Source: Paramecium tetraurelia (Eukaryota). Taken from it: a stretch of 56,120 bases of DNA. The notes beneath the pieces are model-generated. The model saw only the letters and a program-made list of their open reading frames with translations. It was not told where the DNA came from and did no database searches. How positions within the stretch are numbered: the stretch's first letter is position 1; each line of letters opens with the position of its first letter. Both the position numbers and the translations under genes were made by a program. Where the stretch lies: contig CT868038.1 in the NCBI GenBank assembly GCA_000165425.1, forward strand, positions 186,001 to 242,120, read 5' to 3'. Shown here piece by piece: positions 25,284-37,019 of this stretch.

Positions 25284-26735
25284 TCAAAAAAGTTATTAAT
25301 AAAACAAAATGTAACATTACTGTTATTATACATCCATCTTGGTTGCTTTTTTAATTCGTTAGTCATTAAACAACCACCATTAGGGTTATCTCTTGCCATA
25401 TGAATAATAATGCCCTTGTTCTAAGGATCCAGAATGAACAATTACTCCAATCAATTTGTATTCCGTATTACAGAAATTGGATTCAATTGAGAATTTGATC
25501 TGCTAAGTAATTTTGGTCTATTTTGGGAAAAACTTAAATCTCTTCAAATGCAATATTAGATATCTGGGTAGATTAGTAATTCTAGTTTTCTTGATTGCTA
25601 TTTTTTTCTTATGACAACTATCACATTGATAATCTTGAATTAATTCATCTTTCAAAAACTCTTCTAATGATTGATTTACTGTAGCCACTTTAGTCAATGC
25701 TAAAGATAAAGTCAGGAATTCCTCTGTAATTACAGACTTATGTTTACAATTCTTACAAATTAGTTCACTTACTATTTAGCCTTTTAGATACTTCTTTACA
25801 ACGTTCTCCAATTTTGGTTACTATAGTTTTTCATACTCCTTATTCACATCTATGATTTCATCTTCCATTGTCGATATCAAATGTATAAGGAACTCCTGTG
25901 CATCATGTTGATATTTTGGATTGAACTTCTTGCTTATTGTAGATCTCAAAGTGTTTATTTTTATGTACTCAGTTTAAGCATCTCGTATTTACAATAGCAT
26001 TTCCTTATAACCTCGACAATATAACATTTTCTACCCATTATGTCTATTAATACTGTTTAATAAAAAATGATTCAATTCTTGAATGCACATTAAACATTAG
26101 AGGATCGAATGCATATAGCAATAAAACAACTCATTCTTCAGCCCTTTGATTGGTATTTCTGATGGAAACTCTTGTTGTGATGCACTTGACATCATACTGA
26201 TATCTGCTGATTTTGCTCTATCAGCTGTCGATGAAATTACCGATACTGGAGATGGTGGCACCTTTTCCTCCAGAATTTCAGGACCACCACCATACTCTTC
26301 AAGCAAGAACTTCCAAACTGTATGAGTCAGAACAAAATAATCTCTATTACAAACTGGCTCTTTGATTTATAATAGACTTGTATTATCTATGGGACCTGGC
26401 AGAGTGTTCGAGTTTTCGTAAAGGTAATTTGTATATTTTAAAGCCCAAATTCCGTTTAATCTGTAGCAATCAGGCTAGTAATTCTTTTTGATGTTAACTA
26501 ATCTTTTTATCAACTAGCATTCTAATTCTCTTCTCGCATTCCCTTAAGCACATCTGAATTATTATAAAAGCACTAAAACTTGCGTGACCTCAATCGAATA
26601 TGATGGGACTTTTTTAGGAGGAAATTATGGTACGTGCTAATTGATGGAGCTGCTTTTGTTATACTATTTATTACATTACTTATCTTCCTCATTAAGATTT
26701 TCACTATTATTGTCAGTGTCTCTAAATTGTTGCAT
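25284..26735 (-). CDS. Ubiquitin carboxyl-terminal hydrolase (USP/C19) with N-terminal DUSP domain
   Basis: DUSP motifs PGPIDN...VWKFLLEEYGGGPEI. Cys box GLKNELFYCYMHSILQCL; QHDAQEFL; His box YKLIGVIVHSGSLEQGHYYSY...WWLFND. Confidence 0.9.
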
Positions 26736-28008
26736 TTTAATATATAAATTTAATAACAAAATATAACATCAACCAATTTCTAAACTATTATTATCTAAAA
26801 ATTATTATTCATCTACATATATACTATAGAGTATATAAGTTTACAGACTTCTATTTTTCATTTATGCTACAAAAATTGTTTAATTGAATAACAAAATATA
26901 TGTTATTCTAACCAATTTAATAATAAGAATTCGTATTACTCAAGTATTAATAATTGAATTATAAGTAATATTTGGTCGTGTTTGATTTCGTGATATCACT
27001 AAAATAAAGAAATTTAAACTAAACATTTTATTATATATCAAACATAGTGTTTCCTTTGATTGCCTTGTTTAATTTGTGATATCAGATAAGAAAATTAGTA
27101 AAAAACATTCTTCTAAGTAATTCACCGATTGTAAATTCGGAAATTAATATTTAAGTTATCAAACGTTTTAGTTGAGACATATATATTAACTTATATATAT
27201 TTTATAAGTCTGGAGAAGTTTATAAACAATATATATTGAATTCTTGTGTCATTTACTTTTCGACCCTCTCATTAGGGAAGAATCATGAGAATCATGAACC
27301 TCTGGACAATAAGTACCTAATTGTTGGTCTCAGAATATTCTTATCATTTTTTAATTATCATATCCAATTCTCACATTATAAGATTATAAATATATAAAAT
27401 ACACTTGTTTCATTCAAATTGGATATTAAGATTTTCTTTAGTTTTCTTAATATTGCTATATGCTATTTTACATCGACCTGAACTAAAAAAGGCTCACTAG
27501 AAAACTTAGTTGAGTAATGCTGGGAAAACTCAGAAGATGCTAAAATTTTGGCTGATTAATTTACTCAAAAAGAAAAATTGAAAAAATAAAAAAAAATAAC
27601 AAATAAATTTCTTGATATGAAATTTTATGTGTTTGGTCTTTTTCCAATCTAAATTAGATTTAAGTGAGAATCATATTAATATAGATATAGTTTCCATGCA
27701 TAAATTGATCAAATGAATTGAAAGATTAGAATAGATTAAAATTTGTTGTTACATTTGGGTCTAATTTGAAAGGGATCAAGTCTTAATGTTATTGTGAGTG
27801 AGAGATCTTGGTTTCGATGGTTTTCTTATTTTTTGAATGCAATTTTTTAAATAAGTCAATAAAGTAAGTGTTGCATCTTATTTTGCATAATTTTAGAAAT
27901 CATGTGGCCACTTTTTATAGATTTTTGGGAACGCGAGAATTGATGAGTTTATTTTCACTATATATCATTTAATAACAATAATTGAATTAGTATAGAAAAG
28001 TTTTTAAA

Positions 28009-28084
28009 TAATATGCAGTTAATTATTTAAATAATTTAATAACAAATGTATAATATGCAGTTAATTATTTAAATAATTTAATAA
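28009..28084. repeat. Direct duplication (34-bp identical core, 42-bp period) containing a perfect 16-bp palindrome
   Basis: TAATATGCAGTTAATTATTTAAATAATTTAATAA at 28009 and 28051; each copy contains AATTATTTAAATAATT. Confidence 0.85.
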
Positions 28085-28168
28085 AAAACATGGGAGAAAA
28101 GTTGAGAGAGCTAAATCACATTGAATATGAATTGAAATATAGTTTGTCAACTAAACTAAAACAATATA

Positions 28169-29557
28169 TCACTATCTCTTTTTGAACTTTAAGGTTGGTT
28201 TTACACTTTAGATATTCTAGGTCTTGCTAAAAATGGTGAACTCTTGAATATCTTATTGTATTTTTTTTTATATTGTCTATTTAGACAAGTATTCTTTGTG
28301 GGAGATCGAAAATAACTTGTGCTTAAGTAATTCTTAAGGTGATGGTCTTTTGTGAGGTTCCTATTCTAGTAATTTTCGTATGAAATCACGTAAAATAGAA
28401 TCAAAAGCATTGAGTCTTGATAAATCAAGAATGTTCTTGGTGTGATTGAGTGCCATTTCCTTTTAGGATTTTCCAAAGGGATTGTGTCCAAGCAATCTAA
28501 TATGATACTAAATAGAGTACAATTGAAATAACGAAATTCCAACTTGATAAACATTAGCTTTGGTTGTTAGTTTTTAATTAATCTTAAAATATTCAGGAGG
28601 CGAATACCCAATATTTACACACCTATAGAATACCAACATATAATTACAATCTTCTTTGATCATTGTTCAATTAGTAATAAGCCTAGTAATAGGAAGCAAG
28701 AACAATATCCTATGTATTTGGATTGATATAAAGATTTTTTAAATCAAGGCCAGGGTGTATTATTCCCTTCTCGTCTAAAGCTAGCAATACTATCGATTTA
28801 ATAGTGTAATAATTTACTTAGTACTAATTAGGATGCTGTGTGAGATACTAAACAATGGTTATCCAATTGAGTGTGATTATAATACAAAGATAATTTTATT
28901 AAATCTTTTTTTGAATAAATGTAAGAAAATTAAACTCCATCGTGGTACAATGCATCTACTTCTAAGAATTAAGGTATATATGTAATATGTAAGTCCTATA
29001 TTATTTAAATTTCCTAAGGAATAAATCTCTCTCCATCATATGTAACCTAAGAGTAGAAAGACATATCTAAGTTATCGTTGATTTGAGCAAATATTACATG
29101 CTCATAGTACTGTTTCTGTCTGGACTAATCAAATATTGATTTCAACTAGTAAATATATATTATTGACTTACTTGATAATCATGTTTCTCTTTTATTATTT
29201 CAAGTGTTTTACTAGCTTATCCCTTTTTAAATATATACTTTCCAGCACAGAATTTATATATACAAAATAAATCTTCAGCAGTCCCATATATAAAAAATTT
29301 AGATTCTTCACATTCAATAATGAAATGTAGATTTCCAAGATTTCCAGCATTTAATTCCTGGAAAAAGTTATTCCAATCCATTAAAATGGAATTGTTCCAA
29401 AATAGAAATACTTAAATTATCTTACTAACAGGATCCTACATTTAATTAAACAACTTACCACTATCTTCAAACCTATAGAACTTTCTTGAATACTTATAAA
29501 CTTTGAATTAAATTTTGATTTCTTTGATTAGTTCATCTCTAAGCAAGATTATTGCAT
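28169..29557 (-). CDS. Divergent protein-kinase-like pseudokinase with N-terminal extension
   Basis: Spliced frame (about 5 tiny introns) gives EKGIIHPGLDLKNLY (HRD is HPG), IGYSPPEY, TTKANVYQVG, GHNPF and FIRKLLEQEPHKRPS. DFG is absent. TGA at 28169. Confidence 0.7.
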
Positions 29558-30979
29558 TGAGTTTATTTATATATTTAATTACAAGATACATAAGGCTTAT
29601 AATTCCTCGGTTATCTATTTTTTAGCATCTACTTTTTTTCTATAAAAGACCTCTATCATCCCAATTATAAGAAAAAAAGGATAGACTGCAATATAGTGAT
29701 ATATATGTGTTAGTATAAAAGTTTATTTCATGAATATATTAGAATCTAATAAATTAAATTTGTAATTAATTATTATTTTTGATTCTATAATTATTTTTAA
29801 ATTTTATGACATATAGACGCATTTACCTTTAATATCTTCAAATAAATCATTTAAGGGTAGATATAAATGTTCGCAAATCAATCTTATGAAATGTAGTGCA
29901 TTCTAAGCAGTAAAGTTATCTGAAAAATAAGATAATTTTTTAATTATTTTTCCTCTCCTATCACTAATACGATCGCTCTTAAATCAGAACATTATGTAGA
30001 TTATTGAGTTCCTCCTATCTAATATGATAGACTTCTGTAAATTTAAAAATATAGAGCTATTTCGTTGTTTTTATTAATGATAAATTTATCACAAAAAAAG
30101 AATAATCCTCATTTGAGTCCCAACTAGCATTTGCTGTATAATTAATTCAACTTCAGCTCTTTCCTGATTGATTCTCTCATTCAAATGTGTTATTTTTAAT
30201 GACTTCCCTCAACTTGAAGCTATCAAATTCCTTAATCGAGTTTTGTATTAAAAATTATTCAATATTTCAACGAGACTAGAGATGAGCCAATCAGAAAATC
30301 AATTGCATTTATTAAGCTTCAAGTTAGATGGACAATGTATTTCGTAATCTGACATTCTAGAAATTAGAAATTATGTACTGTTTATAATTCAAGACCAGAT
30401 AAATGGTTAGATTTCAGCAATTCATCAGACTCATTGTTAATACGGAATCTTCATAAACAATTCTAAGTTCATTTTATCTATTCAAATTGCTCAATATCAA
30501 TCATTTCAATTTAAAATATCCAATAGATGATTTATTACTTGTTTCTATCTCTGAATACCGGCTAAAACACAATCACCACAGCAAGAACAGTCCTTATTAT
30601 TGCTAAGTTCTTTGTTTAGTAAATGCAATTAGAATTTTTAAACTCTATCATCATAATAATTAAAAGGATAATTCACATTTTATTGCTAATTAATATTAAA
30701 AATAACATAGCAACAAAAGAGATCAAAAATTATTAACTTTCTGATTGGTAAAGATCACTTTGTAATGCTCTAATAATACTAGAAAATCAAGAAAAATTAA
30801 ATGATATTAAATCATTTAAATATTTTGAATCATAACAATAACACAGAAATGAGAACCTTATTTTTTAACTTTATCTTTTATTACCAACAATTTAAAAGTT
30901 TACATTAAGATTTAAATAAAAACAAGTAGAAAAAATATAAATTATTATAATTGTAATGAACACATCTTCGTATTATTAA

Positions 30980-31474
30980 TCATAACTTAATTTTTTTTAG
31001 CATTTGTTGTATTTCTACCTCTATCTCAGATTATTGACCTTAGTCATCCTCTTCATCACTTGAATCATTCTCCTAACTTGAAATTAAACTTATCATTTCA
31101 CCATTTATGCCTTACAAAAAAGCTATCAATTATTTGTAATATAAACTACTTTTTAATTGTCTTATTCCTAAATATTATGTTCTTATTGAGCACCATAATG
31201 AATTAACTTTTTTAAGGTTTCGTCAAATTCTGACACCTTAAATGTTAATATAGGACTGTATCCTTTGGTTTGCTGGGCAAAACTAATATGATCAAAATTT
31301 CAACTTATTAACACGATAGAAGCAAATCTTAAATTTTCTTGAATCTTGTAGTTCCAAATACAAGTCACTCATTAAAGTAATCTTCAATCCGAAACACACC
31401 GAATACATAATTGAGGTTTTTTCTAATTCCTTTGCAAAAATCATTATTTGTGATAATGCTGAAATTGATTTCAT
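30980..31474 (-). CDS. VOC/glyoxalase-bleomycin-resistance superfamily protein (second splice acceptor non-canonical)
   Basis: MKSISALSQIMIFAKELEKTSIMYSVCFGLKI...KGYSPILTFKVSEFDETLKKLIHYGA...IAFLQGINGEMISLI shows the VOC beta-alpha-beta-beta-beta pattern, followed by an acidic tail and TGA at 30980. Confidence 0.7.
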
Positions 31475-32122
31475 ATAATATATATAAAAAATTAATATAA
31501 AAATAATATAATCGGTTAACAGATATCATTTCTTCCGCATCCTAAACCTGCTTCTGAATTAAATTATCAGAATCATGTTAACCTATTTATTTAAAGCTGT
31601 GATCATTTTGCAATTGTGACTATTAATACCAAGTATGAAAAGAATGATATTCAAGGATTAGTTGATTTATTAGATGAAACAAAAATGCTTTTATTATCTA
31701 ACTAACAGACTTTATCTCCACCAATATCTTTTTTGGTACTCTCTGAATTTATGCAATTTGATTCTAAGAGATTTAATAAAATTTCCATTCTATTCATTTC
31801 TTTTAATTGTACTTGAAATCCATGAAACAACTGCATTGTTTTTATCAGAATATGCAATAAACATATAATTAGATTAAACGAAATTTTTCGTTTAATAATT
31901 ATTGTACGTTAATTTAAACTAACCAATTTTGTAGAAAATTTTATCGCTATTTTATTAATTAAGAGTTTTATCATTTAAATTCATTGAATGAATAACTGTA
32001 CTGCATTTCACTCAAGTATATTTTAAATCCATTATCCATTTGTTATAAATTAATATTTGTAAGTTGAGGAAATTATTATTATATATTCTAGAAAATTCTT
32101 TAAAATAAAATTTAGAAAATAG

Positions 32123-32159
32123 AAAATTATTCTAAAAAAATAAATTTTAGAATAATTTT
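32123..32159. repeat. Perfect 15-bp inverted repeat with 7-nt loop
   Basis: AAAATTATTCTAAAA (32123-32137) pairs with TTTTAGAATAATTTT (32145-32159), among several TAGAAAAT motifs. Confidence 0.6.
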
Positions 32160-32211
32160 GGTTATTTTTAAAAAAGCTCTTGATGGTTAACTTAATAAAT
32201 GATAAAAATAG

Positions 32212-33941
32212 TCAAACATCGTCATCTCCATATTTTTTAATTAATTCTTTTAAAAAAGGATTATTTTGCTATTAATATTATAAGTATATTACATCTGTTT
32301 TTGATTCTTTCTCAAATTTAGGATTATTGGTTTCTGAGTTTCCTAATTCGATAAATTATTCCTTTTTTTTAATGGCAGATGGACTATTTTGCCTAACTGG
32401 TTTTGTAGAAGTTGGTAAAGCTGCAGCCAAAGAAGTTTTATACGAAGCCGGTATCTTGGCAACATCTTATTTACTATGTGCAACTGCTTTATCCATTTAT
32501 TTTCTTCTAATTTCTCTTTCCAATCTCTCTTATCTCTCCTTATTAGTTTCATATTATCCGAGTTCTGGACTATTAGATCTTTGTCTTTCTTTTTCTTTTT
32601 TTTACTTTTGTTTTTCTTTCTCCTTCTGCTTGTCTTTCTTTTTATCCTTCTTTTTTTTATGCTCCTTTTAAGATTTATGTTTATTTTTCTTTTTTTTATG
32701 ACTCTTACGTCTACTCTTGCTTCTACTACTGCTACTTTGACTGCTGCTAGAAGATGATCTTTTCTTCTTTTTAGATTTAGATCTAGACGGTGATTTTTAT
32801 TAAACCACTTCCTAAGGCAATTAGATTTAACCTTCTTACATTCCTTCAGTGATCATTTGAGCAATATATAATCTTTACTCATCATTCTTAGGTATGAATT
32901 CAATTTCACCTAAGCTAATTCGTTCCATTACTTCTTCAAATTAAATAATAAGATATGTGCCATCAACACTTTCTATTTTACCCACATGCCATTCATCATC
33001 TTTTTATGAGATTGCTCTCACTGAGACTCCTGGTTATAAGAGTGCCATGATTCTTTGATTAATATTTCTCCTTTGTCTCTTCTCCTAAGATAACAATATT
33101 TTCGCTTATATAATAGTATCAATCTGTTATGGGATACGAGGTAATCGAGTATTGTAATAATTTAAATCTGTAAGTAATCTCTCACAAAAATCTCCGATTG
33201 TAATATCTTCATCTTTGGAGGGTTTGAATTCTAATATTTTTAAATTGAATTACCTTATTCATCCAAAATATATCTCTTCATCCATCCCCATAAAAAGTTA
33301 GGATCCAACGAATATCTTAAATACAATAATCCTAAACATCTAACATATGGATTCAATTTCCAATCACATAAAATTTGTAATTATTTGACTATTATCAATA
33401 TTCAATCTTGTATACCATTTAGATTCATGCTCATCAACTTATGTAAAATACAGAAGAACGATGATGGTACTCCTGGACCAGCCCAAGTGCCAACCGATGT
33501 AACAATCTTATCTGTCTCAGTGACAATGTCATTAATATCTCTAATCTATAATAATTCTTTGTAATATGGACATGTAAGTATATTTTATCTAACTAGTGAA
33601 TTCATATTGCTGATTGCATTTTCTCCTCGACTTTCATTAAATTTTCACAAATACATCGGTATAATATTATCTCCTCTGTCTCCAACATCATAGTGATATT
33701 TATCCATATTAATTGATTTTTCTTAGTATGTTGGTACTTCTTCCACAACAATTTTCTTACATTATCTAATCACTCAAATTTGTTACTACCTACAAGTTTT
33801 GGAGTAATTGTATTAATGAATTGGACATCTGATAGTTGGATTTGATTTCTCTAAGAGATTGGTTTGAAATTTGATTTCAGATTCTATTTTCTTATAACTT
33901 TCATATGCAGTCAACTTTTGATTTTTATCATTTTTACTCAT
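32212..33941 (-). CDS. PRP38: Pre-mRNA splicing factor PRP38 (PRPF38B-like) with Tudor-like domain and K/R/S-rich tail
   Basis: Motifs NMNSLVRQNILTCPYYKEL, PSSFFCILHKL, NPYVRCLGLLYLRY and LLTDLNYYNTRLPRIP. These are followed by PGVSVRAISQKDDEWHVGKIESVD and a K/R/S-rich C-terminus. Confidence 0.88.
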
Positions 33942-33952
33942 ATTAATTTTGA

Positions 33953-34844
33953 TCAATCATTCAAATAAGCATCACTCAATTTCGGATTGATGTACACTGG
34001 CTATCCTTATTTCTTCTTCCAAATATTGCATAGATTCCTCATCAACATACACACAGTCATTGGTCCCACACCTCCAGGAACAGGAGTAATAAGCGATGCC
34101 TAATTTTTGACTACATCAAAATCAACATCCCCAACAATCTTGCCTTTCTTTTCCCCTTATGAGATTCCAACATCAATTACTATTGCTCCTTACTTCACAT
34201 TTCTAACTAGTTTTGGATGTCCAGCAGCACTTATTACAATATCTGCATTCATAATATGTTAATCTAAATTTAATGTTTCCCTATGACAAACAGTGACTGT
34301 GGCATTTCTTTTTTGTAACAATAAAGACAATGGCAGTCCAACTAAGAAGCTTCTACCTATCATAGTCACTTTCTTGCCAATCACATTCACATCATAATAA
34401 TCTAAAATCTATAATACAGCTGCTGGAGTGCATGGTAACATCTCGCATAATTCTCCATAAACTAATATTCTTTATAAGTTATGCATATGTAAACAATCCA
34501 CATCTTTTTCATAGGGAATTGAGTGTATGATGTCCAACTTATTCAGATGTGATGGTAATGGCAACTATTAATATTTTTATTTATTAAAATACTTACACTA
34601 ATATACCGTCATGATTCATTTATTAGATATGTTTAATCAATTACTCCTACCCAACATTCTCTGAAAAATTAAATACTTCTGCATCAACATTAATTTCCTG
34701 GCAGGCTTTGAGTTTTCGATTCACATAAGATTTTGATGCTGGGGAATCTCCAACTAAACAGATTCCCAATTTCGGCTTTATTTCTGAAGTAATACGAAGA
34801 GTTTTTAAAATTGTATTGGCTAATTGATTACCATTAAAAATCAT
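33953..34844 (-). CDS. folD: Bifunctional methylenetetrahydrofolate dehydrogenase/cyclohydrolase
   Basis: Motifs LVGDSPASKSYVNRK, DGILVQ/LPLP, KDVDCLH, LPCTPAAV, GRSFLVGLP, NATVTVCH, VIDVG, GDVDF and ITPVPGGVGPMTV. One tiny intron. Confidence 0.95.
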
Positions 34845-34866
34845 TTTTAATTTTTTTACTGCCAAA

Positions 34867-35379
34867 ATGGCTAAGAATAGAAAGGTTTCTTTTTTTTAAA
34901 AGTATTTTTGTTGTGGAACACAATCAGACATCTAAGAACCAAAAGTAACATCAAACACATATAGTTTTACATCGACATTTTGTGAATATTTGAAATTGAA
35001 TAAGAAGGATCCAACATTATATTCTCTATAATTAGTGGATGGTTTTTATTAAGACAAGGCCAAAAAGATTAAGACATCACACCCTCTTAAAGATTTGGTA
35101 TTTAGTGAGACCCTTACACAAATAACACAATTGTCATGTCCAATATGTTTTAAATATTTTAATTGTATATTTGTATCATATTCACTATTAGACATCCTAT
35201 CATCATGTTGTTGTATTAATTAGATATGCCATATATGCGCCTTGGAGTTTTAAAGGCCAAAGTGTCACTTTTGTTAAAATGAGATTTGCGCCTACATTGA
35301 TGCTGATTCAAAAACTTAGAAGATATACACAGATTCATAGGGAATGCAACTATTAGCATTGCAATTACAACAACATTGA
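34867..35379 (+). CDS. Small RING-finger protein (SIP5/DA2-like RING spacing)
   Basis: After one 27-nt intron: CPICFKYFNYILSSCCCINQICHICALEFQRPKCHFC. N-terminal FCCG is a possible palmitoylation site. Confidence 0.75.
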
Positions 35380-35427
35380 ATTTTAGGGTTATTTTATCTA
35401 CTAATTAATTAAATTTTAAATTGAATT

Positions 35428-36991
35428 ATGTTATTCGAATACCCACAACAACCTGCCTTTATCCAAAAGTATGAACTAATTAAACAATTCTTCGTCTAAC
35501 TCCAATAAGTCAGACATTGTGAGTAAGCAGCTGTCCCAGCTTAGAAAATAGATAGACAACAAGAATTCGATAAATAAAATTCAAAAGCATAAATAACTGA
35601 GGAATCTCTTAAGTACGATGATTCAACAACTTCCAGACAAGTACCAAGACAAAGAAGAGCTGTCTATATCACAAAGAAATAAGAACAAAGAAAGTCAAAA
35701 GATATTGCCACACTTCCAATAAGACCATCAGATATCATGATGATTGAATAATAAAAAGAAAAGATTGATCAATTTTGTTAAGATAATAAGATACTCTATG
35801 AAAACAACATAGAATGCATGTACATCATTAAAAAGATGGCTAAAATGATTAAAAAACTCAAATCATAATCATGTCAAGATCACATCAATAGTATTGAGCA
35901 TTTATAATTGAAATTGAGAATTAAGGATGCTGAAATTGCGAAGAAGAATGAATGCATTCAATAAATAAGAGAAAAATACAATCAAATGATGAAAGTTATT
36001 GAAGAACATACAATATAGGAAGAACAACAATGGCAAGAATTGTAAGCATAACAAATTGAATTAGAGACAGAGAATCTCTTTCTGAGGAAACTTCTATCAG
36101 TAAATTTTAACGATGATTAAATAAAATAGTTAGAATAACAATAAAATGAAGTAGAATTGTAATTCTTTGATAACTTTTGCATATCAAGAAAAGACTTAGA
36201 TAAATAAGCAATTCTAGAATATGAGAAAATGTTGTAAAATAGAAAATCATAGATTGAGCAATAATATGTTGATTGGAACATGGCTCAAATAAACTCACAA
36301 TATTAAAATCAATAACCTATGCATTAGCCTTTGTAGGATTTGTATGCTGAAGAAAAGGAAATGATGATGAAAAAACAATCGAATCAACTTATGAGTAAAG
36401 AAGACAAATAGAGGATAATGGATGACTTGTTGAAACCAATTAGTTCTAACAAGTAGTAACAGATTAATGTCTAAGAAGTTAAATAAAAGTAGTTAGATAT
36501 ACTTGCTGGATCATCATCAAATAGTTCATTACAAAAGAAACAATCATAGGATTAATCTCAATAATAACCAAAGAAATTAGCCATAGATATTGATACTAAG
36601 GAAAGCATTCCTGAATCTGTTGGAAAAGAGAGTCAGGCAGAAAATAAGCTGTCATCTAAAGAGTAGTTATTAAGTTCTCTAAATTAAGGCATGGGAAAAA
36701 CTGATACAAAAAACATCTCATTAGAAAAGGTATTAGGACTATGATGAGGAGGGTGATTAGGTTATCACGTATAATCCTAAAAATCACATGTAAGATATAG
36801 AGTTTAAGAATAGGTTTACAAATCCTTAAACAATTATGTATGATGGAGATGATTATATGGAAGACGATGACGAAGATGATGTGCAAGTCTATCAAAAAAA
36901 TATTTAATTAGCAAAGTAAGTAATTGCAAAAGCCTACTCTTACTAAAACACAAAAGAATTAAGAACTATAATATTAGTGATGTTGTTATGA
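35428..36991 (+). CDS. Hypothetical coiled-coil protein
   Basis: Long code-6 frame from ATG 35428 (MLFEYPQQPAFIQKYELIKQFF). An inferred 31-nt intron at 36730-36760 leads to an acidic C-terminal region. The 3' end is approximate. Confidence 0.6.
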
Positions 36992-37019
36992 TTGACTAAT
37001 TTTGTATTTAAAAAGAATA

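Noticed and set aside
32327..32757. Phe/Leu-rich 'transmembrane' ORFs on the + strand
   Set aside because: They are the reverse complement of the Lys/Arg/Ser-rich PRP38 tail.
34647..34865. ORF-track FolD start at TTG 34865
   Set aside because: This is a eukaryotic gene; ATG 34844 fits FolD N-termini, and 34865 abuts the divergent gene's ATG.
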